Assembly: GCA_040755855.1 (NCBI GenBank)
Contig: JBFMAD010000004.1
Coordinates: 32,001 to 96,000 of the forward strand
DNA from: Planctomycetota bacterium
Lineage (GTDB): Bacteria > Planctomycetota > Brocadiia > JAADGH01
Reading direction: 5' to 3'
Length of the DNA stretch: 64,000 nucleotides
Position numbers and translations under genes: made by a program. Below the pieces are notes generated by a model. It saw nothing but the letters and a program-made list of their open reading frames with translations. It was not told the origin of the DNA and made no database searches. Positions 35,911 to 44,926 of the stretch are shown here, in pieces (within the stretch, counting starts at the first letter, position 1; each line of letters begins with the position of its first letter).

Positions 35911-36705
35911 ATGCGGGATGGGATGCAGATCCAATTTGGCGGAGGGCATGCAAAGATAGAGCCGTGGCCGCGTTCCTGGCCCCTTTTCTGGCGGGTGGTC
36001 CTGCATGTCGCCATTGCGACAGGAGTGGGCAATTTCTTCCTCGCCATATGGGCTGTCACTGTTGCGGGCTGGCAAACGCCAGATTCCTCCGATGTGGTGC
36101 TTTTCGTCGGCGCGCCAATTGGGGCGGCTGTGCTTGCGCTCACCTACGCCTTTGTGGCGCGCTTGGATCGCCGACCGGCGGCGGCGCTAACCGTCGCCCT
36201 TTCCATTGCAGGTGCTGCCATGATTGGGCTACTCCCGGTATCAATGATGCCGTACGATTTCCTCTTCGATCGGTTGCTCACCTACTTTCACCCTGCCTGG
36301 ATTGACTTCCTCCTGTTCTCTTTTTTGTTTGCTCCACCCGTTGCATTCGCCGGATTTGGCGCGGCCGTCCTGGTCTTCAAGGCCATGATGCCAAGAACGT
36401 CCAAGCGGGGTCTCTTTCGTGCATGGCTGGTGGGCACAGTGCTCCTCCCCATAGGTGTGGCATGGTGTAACCTTATGTTCGATGCCATGGGGCCCGTGTG
36501 TCGGCCCCTGTGGATCCCATACAAAGTGTCTCTGTTCTTCATGGCGGTTTCCGTTGTCGTCCTTGTCTCCCTGACATACGCGATTATGGCTAATCTGCTC
36601 ATCGCCGCGATCGTGAAGAGCGGAGAGACGGACGATGAGGTCAGAGAGAAATTCGACCAGCAGGGAACACCATGCGACCCGGACAGAGAATGCACAGCGT
36701 CATAA
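35911..36705 (+). CDS. Multi-pass membrane hypothetical protein
   Basis: About six hydrophobic segments and lower GC than the neighbours. The start is uncertain. Confidence 0.55.
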   Translation: MRDGMQIQFGGGHAKIEPWPRSWPLFWRVVLHVAIATGVGNFFLAIWAVTVAGWQTPDSSDVVLFVGAPIGAAVLALTYAFVARLDRRPAAALTVALSIAGAAMIGLLPVSMMPYDFLFDRLLTYFHPAWIDFLLFSFLFAPPVAFAGFGAAVLVFKAMMPRTSKRGLFRAWLVGTVLLPIGVAWCNLMFDAMGPVCRPLWIPYKVSLFFMAVSVVVLVSLTYAIMANLLIAAIVKSGETDDEVREKFDQQGTPCDPDRECTAS

Positions 36706-36719
36706 GTAGTTGCGCATGT

Positions 36720-36803
36720 TGTCACCCTGAGCGAAGCGAAGGGTCTCGACCTCCCGAAAGGTTGAGATTCTTCGTCCCGCGAAGCGCGGGACTCAGAATG
36801 ACA
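36720..36803. repeat. REP-like palindromic repeat
   Basis: TGTCACCCTGAGCGAAGCGAAGGGTCTC...GAGATTCTTCG...CTCAGAATGACA, a widespread intergenic palindrome type. Confidence 0.75.
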
Positions 36804-36987
36804 GCCCGTTCATGCGTTGTCATTTATGACCCTGTGTAAGGCACGGTCGGCTTGCTGCCGAACGGAGCGACACAACTTCTCCAATTCTTAGTTGCCTTGC
36901 CACGGTCCCTTCGGTACAATGGCGCTTCCTTTCAAACCCCGCCTCCGGCGGGGCGGCCCATGAGATATTTCCGGATGGGAGGTCGAG

Positions 36988-38268
36988 ATGAAGGTATTGG
37001 TCGTTGGCAGCGGAGGGCGCGAGCACGCCCTCGTGTGGAAGATCGCGCAGTCAAAATTGGTGGACAAAATCTACTGCGCCCCGGGCAACCCCGGAATGGA
37101 GGAGCAGGCCGAGTTGGTCGAGATCGGCAGCGACGAGATTTCCAAGCTCCGCAATTTCGCAAAAGAGAATAAGGTGGAGCTGACCGTCGTCGGCCCGGAG
37201 GACCCGCTGGCCAACGGGATCGTGGATGAGTTCCAGCGCCACGGCCTGAAGGTCTTCGGCCCCACCGCCAAGGCGGCGGAGCTGGAGAGCAGCAAGGTCT
37301 TCTGCAAGCAAATCCTCCACAAGCACGCCGTGCCGACGGCCGCCTTCCGTGTGTTCGACGGCGCCGGCCGGGCCAAGGAGTACATCAAATCCATCGGCGC
37401 GCCGATCGTCGTCAAGGCCGACGGCCTGGCCAAGGGCAAGGGCGTCATCGTCTGCGCCACGGAAGACGAGGCGTGCGACGCCGTGGACCTCATCATAAAG
37501 AAGAAGGAGTTCGGCGACGCGGGGAAGCGGGTGATCGTCGAGCAGTGCCTCGTCGGCGAGGAGGCGTCGGTCCTGGCCTTCACCGACGGCAAGGCGATCA
37601 TGCCCATGGAATCGGCCCAGGACCACAAGCCGATCTTCGACGGCGACAAGGGCCCAAACACCGGCGGGATGGGGGCCTACTCCCCCGCGCCGGTGGTGAC
37701 GGACAAAATCTCACGCATGGTCGAGGAAAAGATTCTCGTCCCGACGGTCCATGCCATGAACCGCGAGGAACGGACGTACGTGGGTGTGCTCTACGCCGGG
37801 ATCATGATTGACAAGGACGGCCCGAAGGTGCTGGAGTTCAACTGCCGATTCGGCGACCCGGAGACGCAGCCGATCCTGATGCGGATGAAGAGCGACCTCG
37901 TGCCGATCCTCCTCGCCACGGCGGAGGGACGGCTGGAGGAGGCGGAGCTGGACTGGCATCCCCAGGCGGCGGTCTGCGTGGTGATGGCGTCCGGCGGCTA
38001 TCCGGGCAAGTATGAGAAGGGCAAGGAGATCACCGGCCTCGCCGAGGCGAACGCGATGGAGAACGTCGTCGTCTTCCACGCGGGCACGGCGCGGAAGGAC
38101 AAGAAGATTGTCACGAACGGAGGCCGCGTCCTCGGCGTCACGGCCCTGGGCGACGACATCGCCGCGGCCCAGGCCCGAGCCTACGAGGCGGTGAAGAATA
38201 TCCACTTCGATGGCGCGCAGTACCGAACGGACATCGGGGCGAAGGCGCTGGGCCGGGGGACCGCGTAG
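36988..38268 (+). CDS. purD: Phosphoribosylamine--glycine ligase
   Basis: GSGGREHAL, KADGLAKGKGV, GPNTGGMGAY, EFNCRFGDPE and TNGGRVL motifs. Confidence 0.97.
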   Translation: MKVLVVGSGGREHALVWKIAQSKLVDKIYCAPGNPGMEEQAELVEIGSDEISKLRNFAKENKVELTVVGPEDPLANGIVDEFQRHGLKVFGPTAKAAELESSKVFCKQILHKHAVPTAAFRVFDGAGRAKEYIKSIGAPIVVKADGLAKGKGVIVCATEDEACDAVDLIIKKKEFGDAGKRVIVEQCLVGEEASVLAFTDGKAIMPMESAQDHKPIFDGDKGPNTGGMGAYSPAPVVTDKISRMVEEKILVPTVHAMNREERTYVGVLYAGIMIDKDGPKVLEFNCRFGDPETQPILMRMKSDLVPILLATAEGRLEEAELDWHPQAAVCVVMASGGYPGKYEKGKEITGLAEANAMENVVVFHAGTARKDKKIVTNGGRVLGVTALGDDIAAAQARAYEAVKNIHFDGAQYRTDIGAKALGRGTA

Positions 38269-38280
38269 GCGGGCAGCGGG

Positions 38281-39039
38281 ATGGGCAGGCCAAGACGATT
38301 CCATGCCTACTGCGTCGGCACGTCGAAGTCCGGGACGACCTCGCTGGCAAAGATGCTGGCGAAGGCGTGCCGCTCCGACCACGAGCCGACGGCGGTGGAG
38401 CTGATCTGGCAGATACTCGGCGCCGCCGACGGTTCGATCGGCAGGGAGCAGATCGAGCAGTACATCGTCGAACGCGACAGGCGGCTGAACCTGGAATTCG
38501 AGTCGTCTCAGCTCCTGCTCTACGTCCTCGACATCCTCGTCGGGCAATTCCCGAATGCGAAATTCATCCTGACGATCCGCGACTGCTATTCCTGGCTCCG
38601 GTCGGTGACGAACCACGAGCTGACCCGGCCGATCAACGAGGCATGGCGGAAGATGGCGGACGTGCGATTTCGCAAAAGCGAATTTGCATATTCCGAAAAG
38701 GAACGCATCCTCGTCGAGCGCGGGCTTTACACCCTCGACGGGTATTTATCCTACTGGGCCGAGCACAACGAGACGGTCCTGCGCGTCGTCCCGCGCCCGC
38801 GGCTGCTCATCGTGAAGACGGAGGAGATTGACGGCAGCATCGCCCGCATCGCCGACTTCCTCGGCATCCCGCCCGAGGCCGTTGACCTCTCCGCCTCCCG
38901 ATCAAATGTAGCCGAGAGCAAATCCAACGTCCTTGCCGAACTCGATCCGTCCCTCATCGAGGAGAAGGTGCAGAAGTATTGCCGGGGGGTGATGGGGAAG
39001 TTCTTTCCAGAGGTTCGCGATAGAGGCAGATATAAGTAA
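38281..39039 (+). CDS. Sulfotransferase family protein
   Basis: PAPS-binding GTSKSGTTSL and FPNAKFILTIRD..SW..S. Confidence 0.8.
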   Translation: MGRPRRFHAYCVGTSKSGTTSLAKMLAKACRSDHEPTAVELIWQILGAADGSIGREQIEQYIVERDRRLNLEFESSQLLLYVLDILVGQFPNAKFILTIRDCYSWLRSVTNHELTRPINEAWRKMADVRFRKSEFAYSEKERILVERGLYTLDGYLSYWAEHNETVLRVVPRPRLLIVKTEEIDGSIARIADFLGIPPEAVDLSASRSNVAESKSNVLAELDPSLIEEKVQKYCRGVMGKFFPEVRDRGRYK

Positions 39040-39050
39040 GGGCAAACAAC

Positions 39051-39314
39051 ATGAGCGCGAAAAATTCAAAAAAGAAATCGAGGACCGACTGGGACCGCCT
39101 GCGCAAGATGCGGGACGAGAACATTGACCTCTCAGATATTCCTGCACTGGACAAAAAATTGTTCAGAAAAGCAAAACTCCGAGCGCCCTCAAAAGAGACC
39201 GCGTCCCCGTCATCCCGCCGGTTGTCGCTTAAACGTTTGCTTGCGAAGGTGACCAATGACAACATTCACAAAGAAGTTAAGACCGGTCGCCGCCAGGGAA
39301 GAGAAAACTGGTGA
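39051..39314 (+). CDS. Antitoxin-derived chimeric protein (BrnA-like N-half plus MazE-like C-tail)
   Basis: TDWDRLRKM.DE.IDLSDIP.LD followed by LSLKRLLAKVT.DNIH.EV..G...GRENW. Confidence 0.6.
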   Translation: MSAKNSKKKSRTDWDRLRKMRDENIDLSDIPALDKKLFRKAKLRAPSKETASPSSRRLSLKRLLAKVTNDNIHKEVKTGRRQGRENW

Positions 39315-39376
39315 ATGAAGGGGCAGACGAGCACAATAAGTGCGATTTGGATGATTTCTGAGGCAGTCGTAATCAT

Positions 39377-40564
39377 ATGTTTAATTATGCCTTCCGAGAA
39401 ATGACCGACGCCGATGTGCCGGAGATGACCCGCGTCCGCAACAGCGTGTTCAAGGCGCATCCGCTCAAGCCCGAGGACTGGAACGAGGATGAGACGTGCG
39501 CCCTGGCCTTCGAGGACGACCGCATGGTCGGGGCCATCCCGCTCGACATGCGCGAGTTCCTCATCGCCCCGGGCGTCCCGATCCGCACGGCCTTCGAAAA
39601 CTCCGTCGGCGTCCTCGACGGCATGAGGGGCAAGGGCCTCGGGACGGGGATGATCGAGTGCGCCGCCGAGTTCCTCAAGCCCGACTGCCACGCCTTGTTT
39701 GTCTATCGCGGCGGCGAGACGAGCGCGGCCTATCACTTCTACAAGAAAACGGGGCACGTTGATCTCCACTTCACGCGCAACTTCGTCTTGTCCAGCCCCC
39801 CATCGCTGGCCGAGGGCCGGATCGTTCTGGAAGAGATGAGCAAGTGCCTCGACCACGAGGACCAACTTCTCAAACTATTTAACGCGAGCTATCCCGGCAT
39901 GGCGGGATTTTGGAAACGCGAAATTGGCTTCTGGCCGCTCGCCCTCGACTGCCACATCTTTCAGGAGATGGCCTACGACGAGCTCCTCTTCGCCACGCTC
40001 CGCAGCGGCAAGGACATCGCGGCCTACGCGCTCCTCGCCTGCTATGAGGAAAAGGCGCAGGTCATCATCCTTGAGATGGCCGTGGCCGATGGGGATATTC
40101 GCATTTGGGAAGATCTGCTCCGGGAGATCGCAACCGTCGCCAAACGTCGCGGCGCGACGGTCCTGCTGCCGAGTTCGGACACGATCCCCTGCCTGCCGGT
40201 CGCGCTGAGGCTCGGCTTCAAGCCCGGCCCGCGCGGGCTGATCATCCTCGCGCGGATTCTCCGGCACAAGGACATCTTCGACCGCATCTGGCAGGGCGGC
40301 AAGTCGCTCGCCGACCTAAAGCTGACGATCTGGACGCCGGAGTTTCAATTCGTCGCACTGGATGGCACACCCGGCGGCCCGGACGTGACGCTGGAGATGA
40401 AGAACGAGACGATGACGCAACTGCTCCTCGCGCGGGTGGATGTCAAGGCAGCCTTGGCCGACGAACGCATCACGGCCTACGGCGCCGACGCCGCGCTGCT
40501 GGCGCAGATCGGCCAGGGCTTCCCGTTCTGCAAGTGGATCTATCATCATTTGGATAACATCTGA
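39377..40564 (+). CDS. GNAT (Eis-like) acetyltransferase
   Basis: VGV....RGKGLG acetyl-CoA motif, FYKK.G, and an Eis-like length. Confidence 0.8.
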   Translation: MFNYAFREMTDADVPEMTRVRNSVFKAHPLKPEDWNEDETCALAFEDDRMVGAIPLDMREFLIAPGVPIRTAFENSVGVLDGMRGKGLGTGMIECAAEFLKPDCHALFVYRGGETSAAYHFYKKTGHVDLHFTRNFVLSSPPSLAEGRIVLEEMSKCLDHEDQLLKLFNASYPGMAGFWKREIGFWPLALDCHIFQEMAYDELLFATLRSGKDIAAYALLACYEEKAQVIILEMAVADGDIRIWEDLLREIATVAKRRGATVLLPSSDTIPCLPVALRLGFKPGPRGLIILARILRHKDIFDRIWQGGKSLADLKLTIWTPEFQFVALDGTPGGPDVTLEMKNETMTQLLLARVDVKAALADERITAYGADAALLAQIGQGFPFCKWIYHHLDNI

Positions 40565-40565
40565 C

Positions 40566-41768
40566 ATGCCCGACATCGAATTCCGCGAAGCGCGACCTGA
40601 AGACACTGACGAACTCCTCGAAGTTCGCAATCAGATTTTCCCGCCGGTGAGCAAGGAGAAATGGTTTGCGTCGAAGTGCACCGCCGCCGTCGCCTTCCGC
40701 GATGGAAAGATGGTCGGCGCCATCCCGCTCGATATCCGCGAGTTTCAGGTTCGCCCCGGCGTCATCATGACCGCCGCGTTCGAGAACGCTGTCGGCGTCC
40801 TGGAGCAGTTCCGGGGCCAGGGCCTCGGCACGGGCATGTTGGATGCGGCCAAGAAGTTCCTCCTCGGCAAGGCGGACGTCCTCATGGTCTATCGCGGCGC
40901 GGAGCTCTCCACCGGTTACAACTTCTACGCGAAAAACCTGCACTACGACATCACCTACCCCCGCCCCCTTGCCCTCGAAGGCGAGTGCAGACTGACGGGC
41001 GACACATCGGCGGAGATTATGGACATCTCCGACGCCCTCCGCCGACAGGAGGAGATGAACGCGGTCTTCCAGAGCGTCTACGGCGGCATGGGCGGCTTCC
41101 CGCCGCGACGGCCGGGCTACTGGACCCACGCGCTCGATCAAGCGATATTCGAGGTGCTACCGACCACGTTCAAGTTCATCCGCACCGAGGAGAATGGCCG
41201 GCTTACCGGCTACATCATCTTCGGCCACCGGAGCGTCCGCGACAAGAAGTCCATCGCCATCCTCGAGATCGCCACGCGCAACGGCGACCAGCACATCGCC
41301 CGGCAATTGCTCCTCGCCTTTCGGCGCTACGTGGATCAATATGATGTCCCCAAGACCGCGTCGAAGCAGGAGCAATCGCCGTACTATCAAGTGCTGCTCG
41401 ACACGGGCTTTATCCCGATCCCGCGCGAGAAGACTTCGATGATGCTGATGGCCTATCCCCTCGACCCGGCGGCAATGGCAGGAAAAGTCTGGGGGGAGAA
41501 TGCAGAACTGGACAAAGTCGAGGTCATCGCCTGGAGCCCTCTGCGGCAGGTGACGCTGCATGAGGCGAGGGGCAAGGCGCGGAAGACCATCCGGCTGGAG
41601 ATGAAGGACGACACGCTGACGCGCCTGCTCCTGTCGCGCGTTGATCTGGTGAAGGCGGTCGAGGAGGAGCGCGTCACAGCCCTCGGCGCGACGCCAGCCG
41701 ATATCGCCGCCATCGCAAAGTCCCTCCCCTTCACGCAATGGGAGTATCACCAGATCGAATACCTATAA
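40566..41768 (+). CDS. GNAT (Eis-like) acetyltransferase, tandem paralog
   Basis: MVGAIPLD.REF, VGV....RGQGLG and VYRG.E, shared with the upstream gene. Confidence 0.8.
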   Translation: MPDIEFREARPEDTDELLEVRNQIFPPVSKEKWFASKCTAAVAFRDGKMVGAIPLDIREFQVRPGVIMTAAFENAVGVLEQFRGQGLGTGMLDAAKKFLLGKADVLMVYRGAELSTGYNFYAKNLHYDITYPRPLALEGECRLTGDTSAEIMDISDALRRQEEMNAVFQSVYGGMGGFPPRRPGYWTHALDQAIFEVLPTTFKFIRTEENGRLTGYIIFGHRSVRDKKSIAILEIATRNGDQHIARQLLLAFRRYVDQYDVPKTASKQEQSPYYQVLLDTGFIPIPREKTSMMLMAYPLDPAAMAGKVWGENAELDKVEVIAWSPLRQVTLHEARGKARKTIRLEMKDDTLTRLLLSRVDLVKAVEEERVTALGATPADIAAIAKSLPFTQWEYHQIEYL

Positions 41769-41774
41769 CCGCCC

Positions 41775-41800
41775 TCTTACTCCTACTCCTACTCTTACTC
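41775..41800 (+). repeat. Short hexamer tandem repeat (TACTCC/TACTCT)
   Basis: TCTTACTCCTACTCCTACTCTTACTC between convergent genes. Confidence 0.6.
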
Positions 41801-42145
41801 CCCCTCCAACCACTCATCCTCCGGATCGAAGGCCGGGATCGGCACGACCACCACCCGCAGCCGCCCCACCGCCCGATGCCGGCAGCTGGGCTTGATGAGG
41901 ACCGACGTCATCGGTCGCAACGGAACGCGGTCGCCGTCCAGCTCCATCTCTCCCTCGCCATCGAGGACGAGGTAGATTTCCGTCATGTTCTTGTGGTAGT
42001 GGACCTTCGACTCGGCATGTATCTCTGTGATGTGGAGCGTGGCGACGGGGTTCTCCGGCGATGCAAACGCCCGCCGCGCCGCGCCGCAGGGACACCGCAC
42101 CGGTTCGATCTCATCCATCTGCGCGGTCAGGTAGTTCTTCGGCAT
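41795..42145 (-). CDS. Cupin domain protein
   Basis: HYHKNMTEIYLVLDGEG...P..RHRAVG. Confidence 0.88.
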   Translation of the reverse strand: MPKNYLTAQMDEIEPVRCPCGAARRAFASPENPVATLHITEIHAESKVHYHKNMTEIYLVLDGEGEMELDGDRVPLRPMTSVLIKPSCRHRAVGRLRVVVVPIPAFDPEDEWLEGE

Positions 42146-42190
42146 GGCAGTTCACGCACTCTCCTAACGCGGACTTGGCCCGCAACCGAA

Positions 42191-42392
42191 GGACAAAATT
42201 CACATTGGACACATAATACCACACTTCCTGTCTTCAGGAAGTGTGGTATCCGTAGAAAGAGATTTTGCTTGATGATATATCGCTTATTGGCAAGATGGTG
42301 TCGCTTTTCGCGGAAAAAAATGTGTCCAATGTGAATTTTGTCCCAAGAACATGCACGCAAATTGGCATCATGTTACGGCGTAAGGTTCTAAA
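42191..42392. repeat. Dispersed ~200-bp element, copy 2
   Basis: Perfect 24-bp IRs at 42191-42214 and 42320-42343, and the same hairpin at 42216-42249. The conserved flank is on the right. Confidence 0.9.
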
Positions 42393-42484
42393 CATGATTC
42401 GTGCCCCTCGGCATGGCAAGGAAGGAAGGAGGGAAATGGTGAGACCCCGCAACCCTCGTCCGTCCCTCTCCCAGAGGGAGAGAG

Positions 42485-43003
42485 CTATTTGGTCTCCTTC
42501 GTCGCCCGCGCCGCCGCCAGGGCGATGTCCAGCTCGTCGTCGTCCAGCGCCTGGCCCGAGTTCTGCCAGCAGACCAATCCGTTCTTGGCCACGATGTAGA
42601 TGTAGGGAGCCAGGGTGTTGCTGTACGCCCCCGCCGTTTTCGTGTCGGGATCGCTCAGCACCGGGTATGGGATTTTCTCCTTCTCCACCCACGTCGCCAC
42701 TTTCTTTGCGTCTTCGTGCGTGATGGCGATGAGCACCACGTCCTCTTTGGAATACTTCTCATGGATCTCTTTCATCCGAGGCACGATGGGCACGCAGTGC
42801 GGACATGTGGTGATCATAAATTCCAGGATCACTACTTTCTTTTGTTTGAGCTTCTTCAGCGTGAGGGGCTTCTTGGCATTCAGCCACGTCTTGCCCTGGA
42901 TTTCCGGGGGCGTCTTGTAGAGGAAATCCGCCTGGCCCCATACCATGCCGGCGGAAAGGAAAAGAAATGCCAGGACGAGATACAACACGCATCGCTTCTT
43001 CAT
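42485..43003 (-). CDS. Secreted TlpA/redoxin family protein
   Basis: Signal peptide and VVILEF..TTCPHC thioredoxin motif. Confidence 0.82.
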   Translation of the reverse strand: MKKRCVLYLVLAFLFLSAGMVWGQADFLYKTPPEIQGKTWLNAKKPLTLKKLKQKKVVILEFMITTCPHCVPIVPRMKEIHEKYSKEDVVLIAITHEDAKKVATWVEKEKIPYPVLSDPDTKTAGAYSNTLAPYIYIVAKNGLVCWQNSGQALDDDELDIALAAARATKETK

Positions 43004-43062
43004 CGCATCTTCCTCCTGCAAATCAACGGCGTTTCCCAGTCTGTCCCAGGGCAATCAGGGCC

Positions 43063-43710
43063 TCACTTCTCCGCCGCCGCATCCCGGAGCATCTCCTCGA
43101 TCTGCGTCGTTTTCAGGTAGTACGGGTGCCCCTGCCAGATCACGTAGCCGTATCGGTTGACGAGGTAACAGAACGGCACGCGCCGCATGGCATACTTCTC
43201 GAACGTCTTCGCGTCCTTGTCGATAGCGACGGGGAAAGCGACATTATGCTCCTTGATGAATTTCTCCACCATCTCCTTGTTGTCCTTCAGGTCGCTCACC
43301 ACGGTAATCACCTGGAACAGGGGGCCGGTGTAGCGGCTGTAGATATCCTGGATGTGCTCGATCTGTTCCACGCAGTGCGGGCATTTGGTGAACCAGAACT
43401 CGAGGAGGACGAATTTCTTCTTCCGAAACTCCGCGAGCGTCATGGGTTTCTCGGCGTTGAACCACTGCGCCGTCTCGATCTCCGGGGCGAGCTTGTCCTC
43501 CAGGTCCCACGTGGCCCCCGGCTGGGGCGTGAGCGCCGGGCCTTTCGTGTCCGCAGTGCAGGTCGGTTTCGGGGCCGTGCAGGTCGCGCATGGCGGCCCC
43601 TCCGCCTTCTCCGCCGCGGAATCGGCCTTCTTTTTCTCCTCCTCGCACGCGCACAACAGCACCATCATTGCCACGGCAACGACGCCTGCAAACAACATTC
43701 TGGCCTTCAT
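43063..43710 (-). CDS. Lipoprotein TlpA/redoxin family protein
   Basis: Lipobox-like LCAC, VLLEFWFTKCPHC and FPVAID. Confidence 0.82.
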   Translation of the reverse strand: MKARMLFAGVVAVAMMVLLCACEEEKKKADSAAEKAEGPPCATCTAPKPTCTADTKGPALTPQPGATWDLEDKLAPEIETAQWFNAEKPMTLAEFRKKKFVLLEFWFTKCPHCVEQIEHIQDIYSRYTGPLFQVITVVSDLKDNKEMVEKFIKEHNVAFPVAIDKDAKTFEKYAMRRVPFCYLVNRYGYVIWQGHPYYLKTTQIEEMLRDAAAEK

Positions 43711-43888
43711 CACTTCCCTCCTCTTCCCGGAATATGGATTGTCACGAGACGTGCAAATCTGCATGGTACAAAGCATACACCATCGGTCCCGACAAGTCAA
43801 AAGCCAAAATGGAAAATGAATGAGCTGCCGTCAAGCATTCAGTGTGGGTTGCTGGTAAGTCTCGGGGCAAGTGATCTGCTATGTTCTG

Positions 43889-44824
43889 CTATAAGGAGGG
43901 AGGAACCTTGTCCCACCACTGGAGTTGCCACCAGATTTGATCGTCGTTGCCCTTCTCATGGTTTGCGACCTTTCCGACAAACACCTTCTCGCCTTTTCGG
44001 AATGCGGCGTCGGGACTTGGTGCGTTGTTGCCCTCGTATCGAGTGGACCAGGGCTGTTTGTATGCCTTGACGACGACGTTGCCAACGTTGACGAGCCATG
44101 CAAGGAATGCGACGAACCAGATACATATGAACACTCTTAGCACTCGTGGCTGTGCTCTTTCGATCAGAAACAGAACGTACGTGACGAAGATGCCAGCAAA
44201 AGCGACCGTCACGAGCACTGCCGGTAACAAGGTCACCGACCAGTGCCTCCGCTCCCACCCACAGCAGAACACCTTGCCCCTTTCGTTGATGAAGTAGGTT
44301 CCTGTTCCAGTTGATCCGATCTCGTTCGGCCAAGCGTAGATGACGAAGTGGTTTTCCTGCGCATTAATTGTTCCCTGATTCTTTGTCGGATCGAGCGTGG
44401 CCCCAGGCTTAGCGGATGTGCCGTCAAGAGAGTCATCATTGACCGGGCCATCCGGCCCGGGAATCCAGAGTATAATGCCGTAGCCGTAATACCCAGCATT
44501 GAGCTGGCCCTTTTCGTCCTTCAGTTTCCACGGGAAAGTAACATACTCTGGAGCAACCGGAGATTTTGCTCCTGGGTTCCTTGGAACAGCCTGTCCTGCG
44601 ATTTCGCACAGAAAACCATACTCCCCCACGCCGTCGCCATCTTGGTCCACGTGACACCGTCTCTTGAATTCTATCTGGGCCTTTGCCAGTTGTTCAAGGA
44701 ATGGGATGACTTTGTGGTCGGCGTAGCGGCGAATATTGGGTGGAATGACGACGTAACGCCATACAAAGCCGTGCAATACACCAAGAAAAACCAAGATGAC
44801 AATGATCGCCAGATGTCTCTTCAT
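43889..44824 (-). CDS. Pilin-like/DUF2950-like membrane protein with an inserted two-TM hairpin
   Basis: N-terminal TM, DQDGDGVGEYG and YAWP...G.TG...YFINE.G. Two extra hydrophobic helices precede RYEG. GC is lower than the neighbours. Confidence 0.6.
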   Translation of the reverse strand: MKRHLAIIVILVFLGVLHGFVWRYVVIPPNIRRYADHKVIPFLEQLAKAQIEFKRRCHVDQDGDGVGEYGFLCEIAGQAVPRNPGAKSPVAPEYVTFPWKLKDEKGQLNAGYYGYGIILWIPGPDGPVNDDSLDGTSAKPGATLDPTKNQGTINAQENHFVIYAWPNEIGSTGTGTYFINERGKVFCCGWERRHWSVTLLPAVLVTVAFAGIFVTYVLFLIERAQPRVLRVFICIWFVAFLAWLVNVGNVVVKAYKQPWSTRYEGNNAPSPDAAFRKGEKVFVGKVANHEKGNDDQIWWQLQWWDKVPPSL

Positions 44825-44926
44825 GGCTCAGCGCATTTCCTCCACTTTCACTATATCACATGATCGGCGGGTTGTGTGTAACAAGTATGTAACAACCGCC
44901 GGTCGGGAGTCTTTCGGGGGGCGGGG

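Noticed and set aside
35669..42392. CRISPR array, or extra retron ncRNAs, as an explanation of the two-copy element
   Set aside because: There are only two dispersed copies, with no repeat-spacer periodicity and no cas genes. No unpaired G follows the IR arm as a retron needs, and there is no sequence similarity to the msr-msd.
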